A stretch of 64,000 bases of DNA from an uncultured Planctomycetaceae bacterium (GTDB lineage Bacteria; Planctomycetota; Phycisphaerae; SM23-33). The translations under genes were made by a program, and so were the position numbers. The stretch spans positions 6,103 to 70,102 of the forward strand of contig CAZIAZ010000003.1 of NCBI GenBank assembly GCA_964536835.1, written 5' to 3'. Positions 1-8,320 of the stretch are shown piece by piece. Every line of letters starts with the position of its first letter. The first letter of the stretch is position 1. Under the pieces are notes generated by a model, which was not told where the DNA came from, did no database searches, and worked only from the letters and a program-made list of their open reading frames with translations.

Positions 1-1
1 T

Positions 2-982
2 GCCGGTTTCGGCCCTGGCGAATCAGCCGGCGACGCAGGCCGTTTTCGGCTGACCCCGCCGCATACCGCCTATCTTCGAATCGCCGAAGGTTGTGACAGA
101 AAATGCACTTTTTGCACGATTCCAGCCATTCGCGGGCCGATGCGTTCCAAACCGCTCGATATGGTGCTGGCTGAGGCGAGAGAGCTTATAGATTCCGGCG
201 CAATAGAGTTGAATATCATTGCGCAGGATACCACGGCCTGGGGTGAAGACCTCGGCGATGAATGGAATCTTTCGTTATTATTGGAAAATTTGGACAGGCT
301 TGACGGCGCAGGCTGGCTGCGGCTGATGTATACATATCCGCGGAATTTTGGCGACGAACTCATCGAGGCTATCGCGACTGCTGAACATGTCGTTCCGTAT
401 GTCGATATGCCGTTGCAGCATATTTCATCGTCGGTTCTCAAACGCATGGGCCGACGCATAGACCGCCCGGCTACCGAAGAACTGCTTCATAAACTGCGGG
501 AACGCATTGACGGGTTGGTGTTGCGAACGAGTTTGATTGTGGGTTTTCCTGGCGAGAGCGATGAAGAATACGGCGAATTGCTGGATTTCGTCAAAAAATT
601 CAGGTTTGACAACCTGGGCGTGTTTGAATTTTCGCCGGAGGAAGGTACGCCGGCTGCTAAACTGCCCGGCCAACTGCCCGACGATGTGGTGGCTGACCGT
701 GCCGATGAAATCATGGCTGTCCAACACGAAATCGTGCTGGAAAACAACAGGGCTATGGTCGGCCGGAAAGTAGATGTTCTTATCGACGGCGAGGCGGACG
801 ACCAGGCCTGCACCTTTGGCCGATATTACGGACAGGCTCCGGATATCGACGGTTTATGCCTGTTGAATGAACCGGCTGAACCGGGCCGGATTCTCTCGTG
901 CACCGTCACCGGCGTCGATGATTACGACTTGCAGGTGACGCCGTCAAGCCGCCGGCAGAAGGGCTGCAAGGTAAAAGGTTGA
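2..982 (+). CDS. rimO: Ribosomal protein S12 methylthiotransferase RimO, 5'-truncated at the window edge (radical-SAM MiaB/RimO family with C-terminal TRAM domain)
   Basis: The frame is open from position 2 and encodes AEGCDRKCTFCTIPAIRG, a CxxxCxxC radical-SAM cluster motif. Downstream AQDTTAWGED and LIVGFPGESDEEY resemble RimO more than MiaB. The ORF-track Met at 140 is internal. Confidence 0.75.
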   Translation, partial: AGFGPGESAGDAGRFRLTPPHTAYLRIAEGCDRKCTFCTIPAIRGPMRSKPLDMVLAEARELIDSGAIELNIIAQDTTAWGEDLGDEWNLSLLLENLDRLDGAGWLRLMYTYPRNFGDELIEAIATAEHVVPYVDMPLQHISSSVLKRMGRRIDRPATEELLHKLRERIDGLVLRTSLIVGFPGESDEEYGELLDFVKKFRFDNLGVFEFSPEEGTPAAKLPGQLPDDVVADRADEIMAVQHEIVLENNRAMVGRKVDVLIDGEADDQACTFGRYYGQAPDIDGLCLLNEPAEPGRILSCTVTGVDDYDLQVTPSSRRQKGCKVKG

Positions 983-1032
983 GGATTGTGCTGGTTTCTG
1001 ATATAATCACCTCTCATTTTTTGGAGAGAATC

Positions 1033-2154
1033 ATGCAGAATGTGCCTTTGTCTTCGCAGGATATAACTGAAGCGGAAATAACCGCCGTAGTCAACGTGCT
1101 CAAGAGCGACCGCCTGAGCATCGGGCCGCGTATTGAGGCGTTTGAAGCCTCCTGTGCTAAAGCCGGCGGCAGAAAATACGGCATAGCCGTCAATAGCGGC
1201 ACAAGCGGCCTGCACCTGTGCGTAAAGTCGCTGGGCCTCGGCGAAGGCGACGAAGTCATAACCACGCCGTTTTCGTTCGTCTCAACCACAAACTGCCTGC
1301 TTTTCGAACGGGCTACGCCGGTTTTCGTTGATATCGACCCTGTGAGTTATAACGTCGACCCTGCCGCGATTGAGGCTGCGATAACGCCGCGAACGAAGGC
1401 GATTCTGCCGGTGGAGGTTTTCGGCAATACTGCGCATTTTGACGAATATGAACGCATTGCCGAAAAGCACGGCCTGAAATTTATCGAAGACTGCTGCGAA
1501 GCGCTGGGCGCCGTGCTCGACGGCCGAAATGCCGGCAGTTTCGGCGATTGCGGCGTATTCGCGTTTTACCCCAACAAGCAGATAACCACCGGCGAAGGCG
1601 GCATGATTGTGACGGATGACGAAGAAATCCGCGACCTCTGCCGCAGTTATCGCAATCAGGGCCGCGCCACGGCGGCATGGCTTAGCCACGCCCGACTGGG
1701 TTATAATTATCGCATAAGCGAATTGACGGCAGCATTGGGCGAAGTGCAGGCTAGCCGCCTGGATGAAATTCTCGGCAAACGCCGCCGGGCCGCTGAAATG
1801 TATACCGAAGAACTCGCCTCGCTAGTCGGCGATATTCATCTGCCGCCGATGGTAAAAATTGAACTGCCCAGCTGGTTCGTTTACGTGATACGACTGGATG
1901 ACCGCTATCCCGCCGACGCACGCGACAAAGTCATGGACTTCCTCAAGCAGCACGGGATAGGCTGCAATAATTATTTTGTGCCGATTCACTATCAGCCGTA
2001 TATCCGCAAAATGCTCGGCACGAAACCAGGCGACTTCCCCGTAACCGAGCGCATCGCCGCACGAACAATCGCTCTGCCGTTCTTTTCAAACCTGTCGCAC
2101 GAACAGGTCTGCCGCGTTCGCGACGTATTGAAGGACGCACTGGCATCGCTTTGA
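1033..2154 (+). CDS. DegT/DnrJ/EryC1/StrS-family PLP-dependent sugar aminotransferase
   Basis: GGAGAGAATC precedes the ATG at 1033. Typical family motifs are present (SGTSGLHL, FSFVSTTN, YPNKQITTGEGGMIV, LGYNYRISEL). The stop overlaps the next gene (ATGA). Confidence 0.85.
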   Translation: MQNVPLSSQDITEAEITAVVNVLKSDRLSIGPRIEAFEASCAKAGGRKYGIAVNSGTSGLHLCVKSLGLGEGDEVITTPFSFVSTTNCLLFERATPVFVDIDPVSYNVDPAAIEAAITPRTKAILPVEVFGNTAHFDEYERIAEKHGLKFIEDCCEALGAVLDGRNAGSFGDCGVFAFYPNKQITTGEGGMIVTDDEEIRDLCRSYRNQGRATAAWLSHARLGYNYRISELTAALGEVQASRLDEILGKRRRAAEMYTEELASLVGDIHLPPMVKIELPSWFVYVIRLDDRYPADARDKVMDFLKQHGIGCNNYFVPIHYQPYIRKMLGTKPGDFPVTERIAARTIALPFFSNLSHEQVCRVRDVLKDALASL

Positions 2155-4250
2155 TGAATCCTATAATGCGTACATACTGGACAGCCAAAGGGGTCGGCTG
2201 GGACAATCTGCCTCGCCGGATTCTTCAGTTATTGCGCGTAAGGAGCGGTTGGCTGGCGGCTAAACTCAAGCCTGAAAATTTTACCGATAGCGCTTACGCC
2301 GGCGAACTTTTAAAACCCGTCGACTGGCGAAATGTCGCCAGCCGAATGCCGTTCAAAATACCATCGCGGGAAACGTTGGGAAAAATCGTGACAGACCACC
2401 TCTGGCGATTTCGCGTCGAACGTATCGCTGAAAAAGCCCATAGCCGCGAGTTCATGTATTTCAGCAACTGGTTTGCAAAACCTCGCGATTTCAACCATGA
2501 CCCCGTCAATGACGTGCATTGGCCTGTCGGCGAACACTGGCTCAGGGGCGATACGCTCGGCGGAACGGACATAAAACTGTTGTGGGAGCCGAACCGTTTT
2601 TCCGTTGGATATTTTCTCGGCCGACATTACGTCCGCAGCGGCGACGAATCCGTCGCCGAGCTTTTCTGGCGGCTGGTGGATGATTGGGTGGAGCAGAATC
2701 CGCCTGAGCTTACAAGAAACTGGTCGTGCGGGCAGGAGGCTGCGTTCCGCATGATGGCGATATTATTCGGCACGGTCTGCACGTTGGATTCCCAGGCTGC
2801 CAGGCCGGAACGTCTTAATCGTGTCGCCATGCTTGCGTGGCAGACCGCCAGGCATATTGCAGTCAACATCAACTATGCCCGCAGTCAGGGCAACAATCAC
2901 GCGATTTCCGAGGCTCTCTGGCTGATAACGGCAGGCGTTGTATTTGGCGAAAATTTCGCGCCGGCCAGTCGGTGGCTGAGCGACGGATTGGATATCATGT
3001 GCCGGGAAATCCGGCGTCAGGTTATGGATGACGGTTCTTATGCTCAGCATTCGATGAACTATCACCGATTGGTGATGGACGACTTGCTCTGGACATTCGG
3101 AATTCTAAGAGCAGGCGGCATAGTCGTGCCGGATGTCATGCGTGAAAAGTTTGAAAAACTCACCTGCTGGATTGAAGAGATGGCCGATGAAAATACCGGC
3201 AGAGTTCCGAATTACGGGCCTAACGACGGAGCGAAAGTGCTGCCGCTGAGCTGTTGCGATTATGTGGATTATCGGCCGACTATTCAGGCTGCGTGGTATG
3301 AGGTTTTCGGCAAAAGCCGTTATCACGCCGGCTGTTGGAATGAGAAAAAACTCTGGCTGTACGGCGAGGAATCGTTGGATGCTCCGAAGAGCGACGTGAA
3401 AAAAACTGCGGCGTTCAACGCTGCCTCCGGCGGTTATTACGTCATGCGGGGCCGAACGAGCATGGCGTTTACACGCTGTCATACGTATACGCGCAGGCCC
3501 AATCAGAACGACATGCTGCATGTCGACCTTTGGCATGAAGGCAAAAACATCCTGCGTGACGCAGGCAGTTTCAGCTACAACGCGCCAGAGCCGTGGAGCG
3601 GATATTTTTCATCGACGGCTGCCCATAATACTGTCACCGTAAACGGCGAAAATCAGATGGTCAGAGGGCCGCGGCATTTGTGGTTTCGCTGGACGAAATC
3701 AAGGCTGTTGGAATGGTTTGTGTCGGACGACGGCAGTATAGGATTTTTCAGCGGCGAACATTACGGTTACAGCCGTTTCGGAGCGACTCATCGGCGCAGT
3801 ATATTGCGGATTGGCGACGGTTATGTTATTCTGGACGAAATTATCGGCCGCCGGAAAGAAATGAAGACGGAACTTAACTGGAGGCTGATTTCCGACGACT
3901 GGCAGGCAGGCTTTACGGGCGGTGGCCTTCGGGTCGTCTGCCCCGAAGCAACGATAACGGTTTTCGCGGAAACGGGTTTTGACGTCTCTTTTGACGAATC
4001 GGGAGATGCCGGCCCATCAGGTTGGGAGTCGCTGTATTACGGCCAGAAATCGCCGTGCCCGTATATTCGCGTTGCCGGCAGTTCGAAAGCCGGCACGACA
4101 AAATTCGTTACGATAGTGTCCACCGGCAGTACGGAAATGTTCCCGGCGATGCTCGACGCCATGAAAACCGATGCAGCCGTAGCCATGCGTCATATCACGG
4201 AAAAATTCGTGGATGACGTGCGGCATTTGACAGGCATGGAGATGAATTAG
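2151..4250 (+). CDS. Heparinase II/III-like family protein (polysaccharide lyase/epimerase-like fold) in a biosynthetic context
   Basis: A 699-aa ORF with an alpha/alpha toroid-like N-terminus and a C-terminal beta-sandwich. NHAISEALWL and the following HxxxxxYHRL-type region match heparinase II/III-like proteins. It is translationally coupled to the flanking glycosylation genes. Confidence 0.55.
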   Translation: MMNPIMRTYWTAKGVGWDNLPRRILQLLRVRSGWLAAKLKPENFTDSAYAGELLKPVDWRNVASRMPFKIPSRETLGKIVTDHLWRFRVERIAEKAHSREFMYFSNWFAKPRDFNHDPVNDVHWPVGEHWLRGDTLGGTDIKLLWEPNRFSVGYFLGRHYVRSGDESVAELFWRLVDDWVEQNPPELTRNWSCGQEAAFRMMAILFGTVCTLDSQAARPERLNRVAMLAWQTARHIAVNINYARSQGNNHAISEALWLITAGVVFGENFAPASRWLSDGLDIMCREIRRQVMDDGSYAQHSMNYHRLVMDDLLWTFGILRAGGIVVPDVMREKFEKLTCWIEEMADENTGRVPNYGPNDGAKVLPLSCCDYVDYRPTIQAAWYEVFGKSRYHAGCWNEKKLWLYGEESLDAPKSDVKKTAAFNAASGGYYVMRGRTSMAFTRCHTYTRRPNQNDMLHVDLWHEGKNILRDAGSFSYNAPEPWSGYFSSTAAHNTVTVNGENQMVRGPRHLWFRWTKSRLLEWFVSDDGSIGFFSGEHYGYSRFGATHRRSILRIGDGYVILDEIIGRRKEMKTELNWRLISDDWQAGFTGGGLRVVCPEATITVFAETGFDVSFDESGDAGPSGWESLYYGQKSPCPYIRVAGSSKAGTTKFVTIVSTGSTEMFPAMLDAMKTDAAVAMRHITEKFVDDVRHLTGMEMN

Positions 4251-5480
4251 ATGAAAATTTTAATAGTACATCAATATTTTCTCGGCAAGGACGACGCCGG
4301 CGGCAGCCGCTGGAATCAGTTTGCCAAATATTGGGCCCAAGCCGGCCATGAAGTGACGATACTGGCCGGCATGGTGCATTATGCGTCTGGCAAAAAATCC
4401 GAACAATACAAAGGTAAATTCATCGTAACCGAAGACATCATGCCCGGCGTACGCTGCATACGCTGCCATGTGAGCGAGTCGTACAACAGGAGTTTCATGG
4501 GCAGGGCGTGGGCGTATATGAGTTTCACATTCTCTTCGCTTGTAGCAGGCTTTTTTAAAACACACAAACCCGATATCGTCATCGCCACCAGTCCGCCGCT
4601 GACGGTCGAGCCGACGATGAAAATTCTGGCGGCGGCTTACCGTGTGCCGTGCGTTTTTGAAGTCCGCGACCTTTGGCCGGAAAGTGCTATCGACACCGGC
4701 GTGCTTACGTCAAAGCCGCTGATAAAAATGGCGTATTACATGGAATCACAGGCGTATAAGGCGGCCAGGTGGATAAACGTCCTTACGCCGGCGTTCGTCG
4801 ATGCACTTGTCGAAAAGAAAAACGTTCCCCGCGAAAAAATAAGCATGATACCCAATGGCGCCGATTTGGACATCATGCGGCCTGAACCCAAAGACGCCGG
4901 CTTGCAGAGTGAATTGGGAATAGACGGCCGGTTCGTCATAAGCTATTTCGGCGCGCACGGCCGAGCCAACAAGGTCGGCCAGCTGCTGGATGTGGCTGAA
5001 CGGATAAAAAATTCCATGCCGGATGTCCTTTTCATGCTCGTCGGCGACGGCATGGAAAAGGCTATGCTGAAGGAAGACGCTGCAAAAAGAAATCTCGACA
5101 ACGTCATATTTGTGAACTCGGTCGGCAAAGAGAAAGTCAAGGATTACATAAACGTCTCTGACATCTGCACAGCGGTCTTGATGAAAAACGACACGTTCAA
5201 AACCGTTTATCCAAACAAGGTGTTCGATTACATGAGCTGTGCCAAGCCGATAATAATCGGTATCGACGGCGTTGCCAGAAAACTGGTCGAGGACGCGAAA
5301 GCCGGCCTCTTTGCCGAGCCGGAAAATCCCGACGCCTTCATAGACGCGATACGGAAAATAAAAGACAATTCCGAATTGCGGGACGCGATGGGCAAATCGG
5401 GCCTGGAGTATGTTCGGCAGAACTATGACCGCAAGGTGCTTGCCGAGAAATATATCGACATCCTTCAGAAATTGGTATGA
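4251..5480 (+). CDS. Glycosyltransferase family 4 (WbuB-like)
   Basis: The N-terminus has the MKILIVHQYF...GG motif. The C-terminal GT-B region carries an EX7E-like motif (FAEPENPDAFIDAIRKI). It is adjacent to sugar-modifying genes. Confidence 0.8.
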   Translation: MKILIVHQYFLGKDDAGGSRWNQFAKYWAQAGHEVTILAGMVHYASGKKSEQYKGKFIVTEDIMPGVRCIRCHVSESYNRSFMGRAWAYMSFTFSSLVAGFFKTHKPDIVIATSPPLTVEPTMKILAAAYRVPCVFEVRDLWPESAIDTGVLTSKPLIKMAYYMESQAYKAARWINVLTPAFVDALVEKKNVPREKISMIPNGADLDIMRPEPKDAGLQSELGIDGRFVISYFGAHGRANKVGQLLDVAERIKNSMPDVLFMLVGDGMEKAMLKEDAAKRNLDNVIFVNSVGKEKVKDYINVSDICTAVLMKNDTFKTVYPNKVFDYMSCAKPIIIGIDGVARKLVEDAKAGLFAEPENPDAFIDAIRKIKDNSELRDAMGKSGLEYVRQNYDRKVLAEKYIDILQKLV

Positions 5481-5495
5481 AAGAATGAGGCGACG

Positions 5496-6449
5496 ATGGC
5501 TCAAAATGCGAGCGAAATAGAGTTCCCTGAATTGAAACTATCCGGCGCAAGCGTGTCGCAGCATTGCGAAGCGTTGCGTGAAATCGGGAAACTGCCGTTC
5601 TGGTGGTATATCGGAGCGTCGGGGATTTTTGGGAATTATTCGCTGCCGTTCAGCGATTCAAACGGCAACTGGTGGTATCAGGTCAAGCCCGGCCTCTGTT
5701 GGCCGGCTGACTGTTTTGCCGCGATAGACGCCGATTCGGCCTGTCCGCAACTGACGAAAACATTTTTGGGTTATCAGCACGTTGTTGCCGGTGAGCCGCA
5801 GGCTGACAGCCACCTGGTAATCAATGCCATACTCGACCTTTCCGCATATGGTACGGAATCCATTAACGCCAAACGGCGCAATGCCATACGCAAAGGCTTT
5901 CGTTCCTGCATTTTGACGGTGGAAACCGGTCCTGACGACGAAACTCTCGACGGCTGCCGTCTCGCCTGGAATGACCTGACGCGGCGTACCGGCTGGAAAC
6001 ATGCACAAAATCCCGACGAATTCAATGAATCGTGGCGGCTGCTGGCGAAATGCCCCGGCACAAGCATAATCGTGGCACGCGACAGCGAAAACGGACAGGT
6101 CGCCGGTTTTCTGGTAACGAAAATAATCGGCGACACCGCATATGTGGACACAATCGCGTCGCGGACGGATATGCTGTCCGTAAATCCGAACGATGCCGTC
6201 ATGTACGCATTTCTGATGAACGCAAAAAATCTGCCAGGTGTAACGAAAGCCCACTATGCCATAAAATCCAATGTTACCATGTTGGAAAAATTCAAGACCG
6301 GCTTGGGTTTTGTGCCGAATCCGTTTCCAGCCAGAACGGTTTTTCGGCCTGGCGTTGGTTTGGCATTAAAACTTCTGAAACCGAAGCATTACAATCGTAT
6401 GATGGGCATTTTTGAAAATGAAAACAGGAACGAGGCGGAAAATGAATAG
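5496..6449 (+). CDS. FemAB-like / GNAT-fold acyltransferase-family protein (putative)
   Basis: A 317-aa ORF. The KRRNAIRKG motif resembles the FemAB/Acetyltransf_6 signature. It is paralogous in type to the ORF at 48930-49988. No stronger family call can be made from sequence alone. Confidence 0.4.
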   Translation: MAQNASEIEFPELKLSGASVSQHCEALREIGKLPFWWYIGASGIFGNYSLPFSDSNGNWWYQVKPGLCWPADCFAAIDADSACPQLTKTFLGYQHVVAGEPQADSHLVINAILDLSAYGTESINAKRRNAIRKGFRSCILTVETGPDDETLDGCRLAWNDLTRRTGWKHAQNPDEFNESWRLLAKCPGTSIIVARDSENGQVAGFLVTKIIGDTAYVDTIASRTDMLSVNPNDAVMYAFLMNAKNLPGVTKAHYAIKSNVTMLEKFKTGLGFVPNPFPARTVFRPGVGLALKLLKPKHYNRMMGIFENENRNEAENE

Positions 6450-7545
6450 CATAAAAATTATCGTAGTTGCCGGCGCCAGGCCGAATTTCATGAAAATTGC
6501 CCCGATTATGGAAAGCTTCGATGCGTCTGACCGTATTGAACCGGTACTCGTTCATACCGGCCAGCATTACGATGAAAAAATGAGCGACCTGTTTTTCCGC
6601 CAGCTCGGCATTCCTTCGCCGGATGTGAATCTTGGAGTCGGCAGCGGGTCGCACGCGGTACAGACGGCTGAGATTATGAAATCATTTGAGCCCGTTCTGA
6701 TATCGCAGCAGCCGGCTGCTGTACTGGTAGTTGGCGACGTCAATTCCACGATTGCCTGCGGCTACGTTGCCGCCAAGATGGGCATAAAACTCATCCACGT
6801 CGAAGCCGGCCTTCGCAGCTTCGACCGTGCCATGCCGGAGGAAATCAATCGCGTTCTGACCGACGCCATCAGCGACATTCTGTTTTGTACGGAAAAGTCC
6901 GGCGTGGAAAATCTCAAAAAAGAAGGCGTAACGGCCTCTCGGATTTTCATGGTCGGCAACGTTATGATTGACACGCTTCTTAAAAATTTGGAGAAGGCTA
7001 AACAAAGCCCGATTATGCAGCAGCTCAACCTGAAACCAGGGTCTTACGCCACCATGACCATGCATCGGCCCAGCAACGTTGACAATCCCGACGTGCTCGT
7101 CGGCCTGCTTGACGCCATTGAAGTCATCCAGCGTGACATCCCGATAATTTTCCCGATTCATCCGCGAACGCGGAATAACATCGTCAAGTTCAAGTTTGCC
7201 GACCGAATGAAAAATATGCCTAACCTGCGGTTCATTGAGCCGCTGGGTTATCTGGATTTTCTGCTGCTTAATGCGAATGCCGCCTGCGTGTTGACCGACT
7301 CCGGCGGCTTGCAGGAGGAGACGACCGTTTTGGGGACGCCCTGCATTACCATGCGGGAAAATACCGAACGGCCAATAACGTGTGAAGTCGGCACGAATCA
7401 GATTGTCGGCACGGATACGGATGCCATCATTGCCGCCTGGACGCGAGTACAGAATGGGGAATATGACAAACGCGGCATTCCGGAAATGTGGGACGGCAAA
7501 GCCGCCGACCGCATAACGCAAATTTTGCTGGACATACTGGGCTGA
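6442..7545 (+). CDS. wecB: UDP-N-acetylglucosamine 2-epimerase (non-hydrolysing)
   Basis: GGAGGCGGAAA precedes the ATG at 6442. MNSIKIIVVAGARPNFMKIAP, HTGQHYD and the DSGGLQEE motif are diagnostic. The stop is at 7545. Confidence 0.85.
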   Translation: MNSIKIIVVAGARPNFMKIAPIMESFDASDRIEPVLVHTGQHYDEKMSDLFFRQLGIPSPDVNLGVGSGSHAVQTAEIMKSFEPVLISQQPAAVLVVGDVNSTIACGYVAAKMGIKLIHVEAGLRSFDRAMPEEINRVLTDAISDILFCTEKSGVENLKKEGVTASRIFMVGNVMIDTLLKNLEKAKQSPIMQQLNLKPGSYATMTMHRPSNVDNPDVLVGLLDAIEVIQRDIPIIFPIHPRTRNNIVKFKFADRMKNMPNLRFIEPLGYLDFLLLNANAACVLTDSGGLQEETTVLGTPCITMRENTERPITCEVGTNQIVGTDTDAIIAAWTRVQNGEYDKRGIPEMWDGKAADRITQILLDILG

Positions 7546-7748
7546 TTTACATATAATCCCGCCCGATAATTTTGGAATTCGCATGTGACGGTATTTTTGC
7601 AATGAAAATCCGCCTCTGCGAAAGATGCTTTCAAAAAGCGAAAGGTATTCTTCCGTTTTAATTCAAAGCTATCCCCCAATTATGGCCGGAGCATCTCAAA
7701 TTCAAGATGTTCTGTTTTTGTGGGTAGCTTTTAGAGCGTGCTCTAGGG

Positions 7749-8285
7749 ATGTACAGGATGAACCGGGCGTTTATTGGAAAAATCCTTTTTTGCCACATTG
7801 TTATCGGTGCGTTTTGCGCTGATGCTGCACTATGCGCTTCCGTAAGCGACGCTGATTGTGGGAATCATTCGGATATGCATGTAAAATACGGCGATTGCGA
7901 TAATGCCGCGCGATATTTATGTGTGGAGAATGCAAAAAATACCGATGCGGATTATCAGTGCGCAGTATATTGCAGTTGCGAAGCGGCTTTAAGTGCCAAA
8001 TTTCAGCAGACATATTTCCCCGGGACTTTTAAGCAGTCTTATGCCCCTGGCAATGAATGCGTCTGGTTTACGACGATAGCTGAAACCCGCGACAGCCGGT
8101 TAAGCGATTATCTTCAGCCGCAAAGTTCCGAACACCAAAACGTATATGCTTCCAGCAACAGTATATTTGACGGTTTCTTGTCCATGCAAGACGGCATTCT
8201 GGTGTTGCTCATTTCACTTCTCGGCCTGGGCGGATACGTATTCGAACGTATCACCGTCAGCCGCCGCCGTTCCATTTATCAGTAA
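7749..8285 (+). CDS. Hypothetical Cys-rich secreted protein with a C-terminal TM helix and Arg cluster
   Basis: A 178-aa ORF in an AT-richer island. It has an N-terminal signal-like hydrophobic stretch and 12 Cys. The C-terminus is ILVLLISLLGLGGYVFERITVSRRRSIYQ. Confidence 0.4.
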   Translation: MYRMNRAFIGKILFCHIVIGAFCADAALCASVSDADCGNHSDMHVKYGDCDNAARYLCVENAKNTDADYQCAVYCSCEAALSAKFQQTYFPGTFKQSYAPGNECVWFTTIAETRDSRLSDYLQPQSSEHQNVYASSNSIFDGFLSMQDGILVLLISLLGLGGYVFERITVSRRRSIYQ

Positions 8286-8320
8286 TGAATTCGTTTGCAG
8301 TTTTTTCCATTATGCAGCCG

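Noticed and set aside
6682-7602. Long antisense ORFs inside confirmed genes (for example 6682-7602, 4746-5504, 24470-25342, 33339-33962, 41164-42579, 51568-52155, 8552-8989, 35478-35975)
   Set aside because: These are shadow ORFs typical of GC-rich DNA. Each lies wholly opposite a gene with clear family motifs and shows no motifs of its own.
7749-8285. Calling the Cys-rich protein a PEP-CTERM substrate
   Set aside because: It has the TM-helix plus Arg-cluster tail, but no Pro-Glu-Pro or similar tripeptide precedes the helix. It is kept only as a sorting-signal-like observation.
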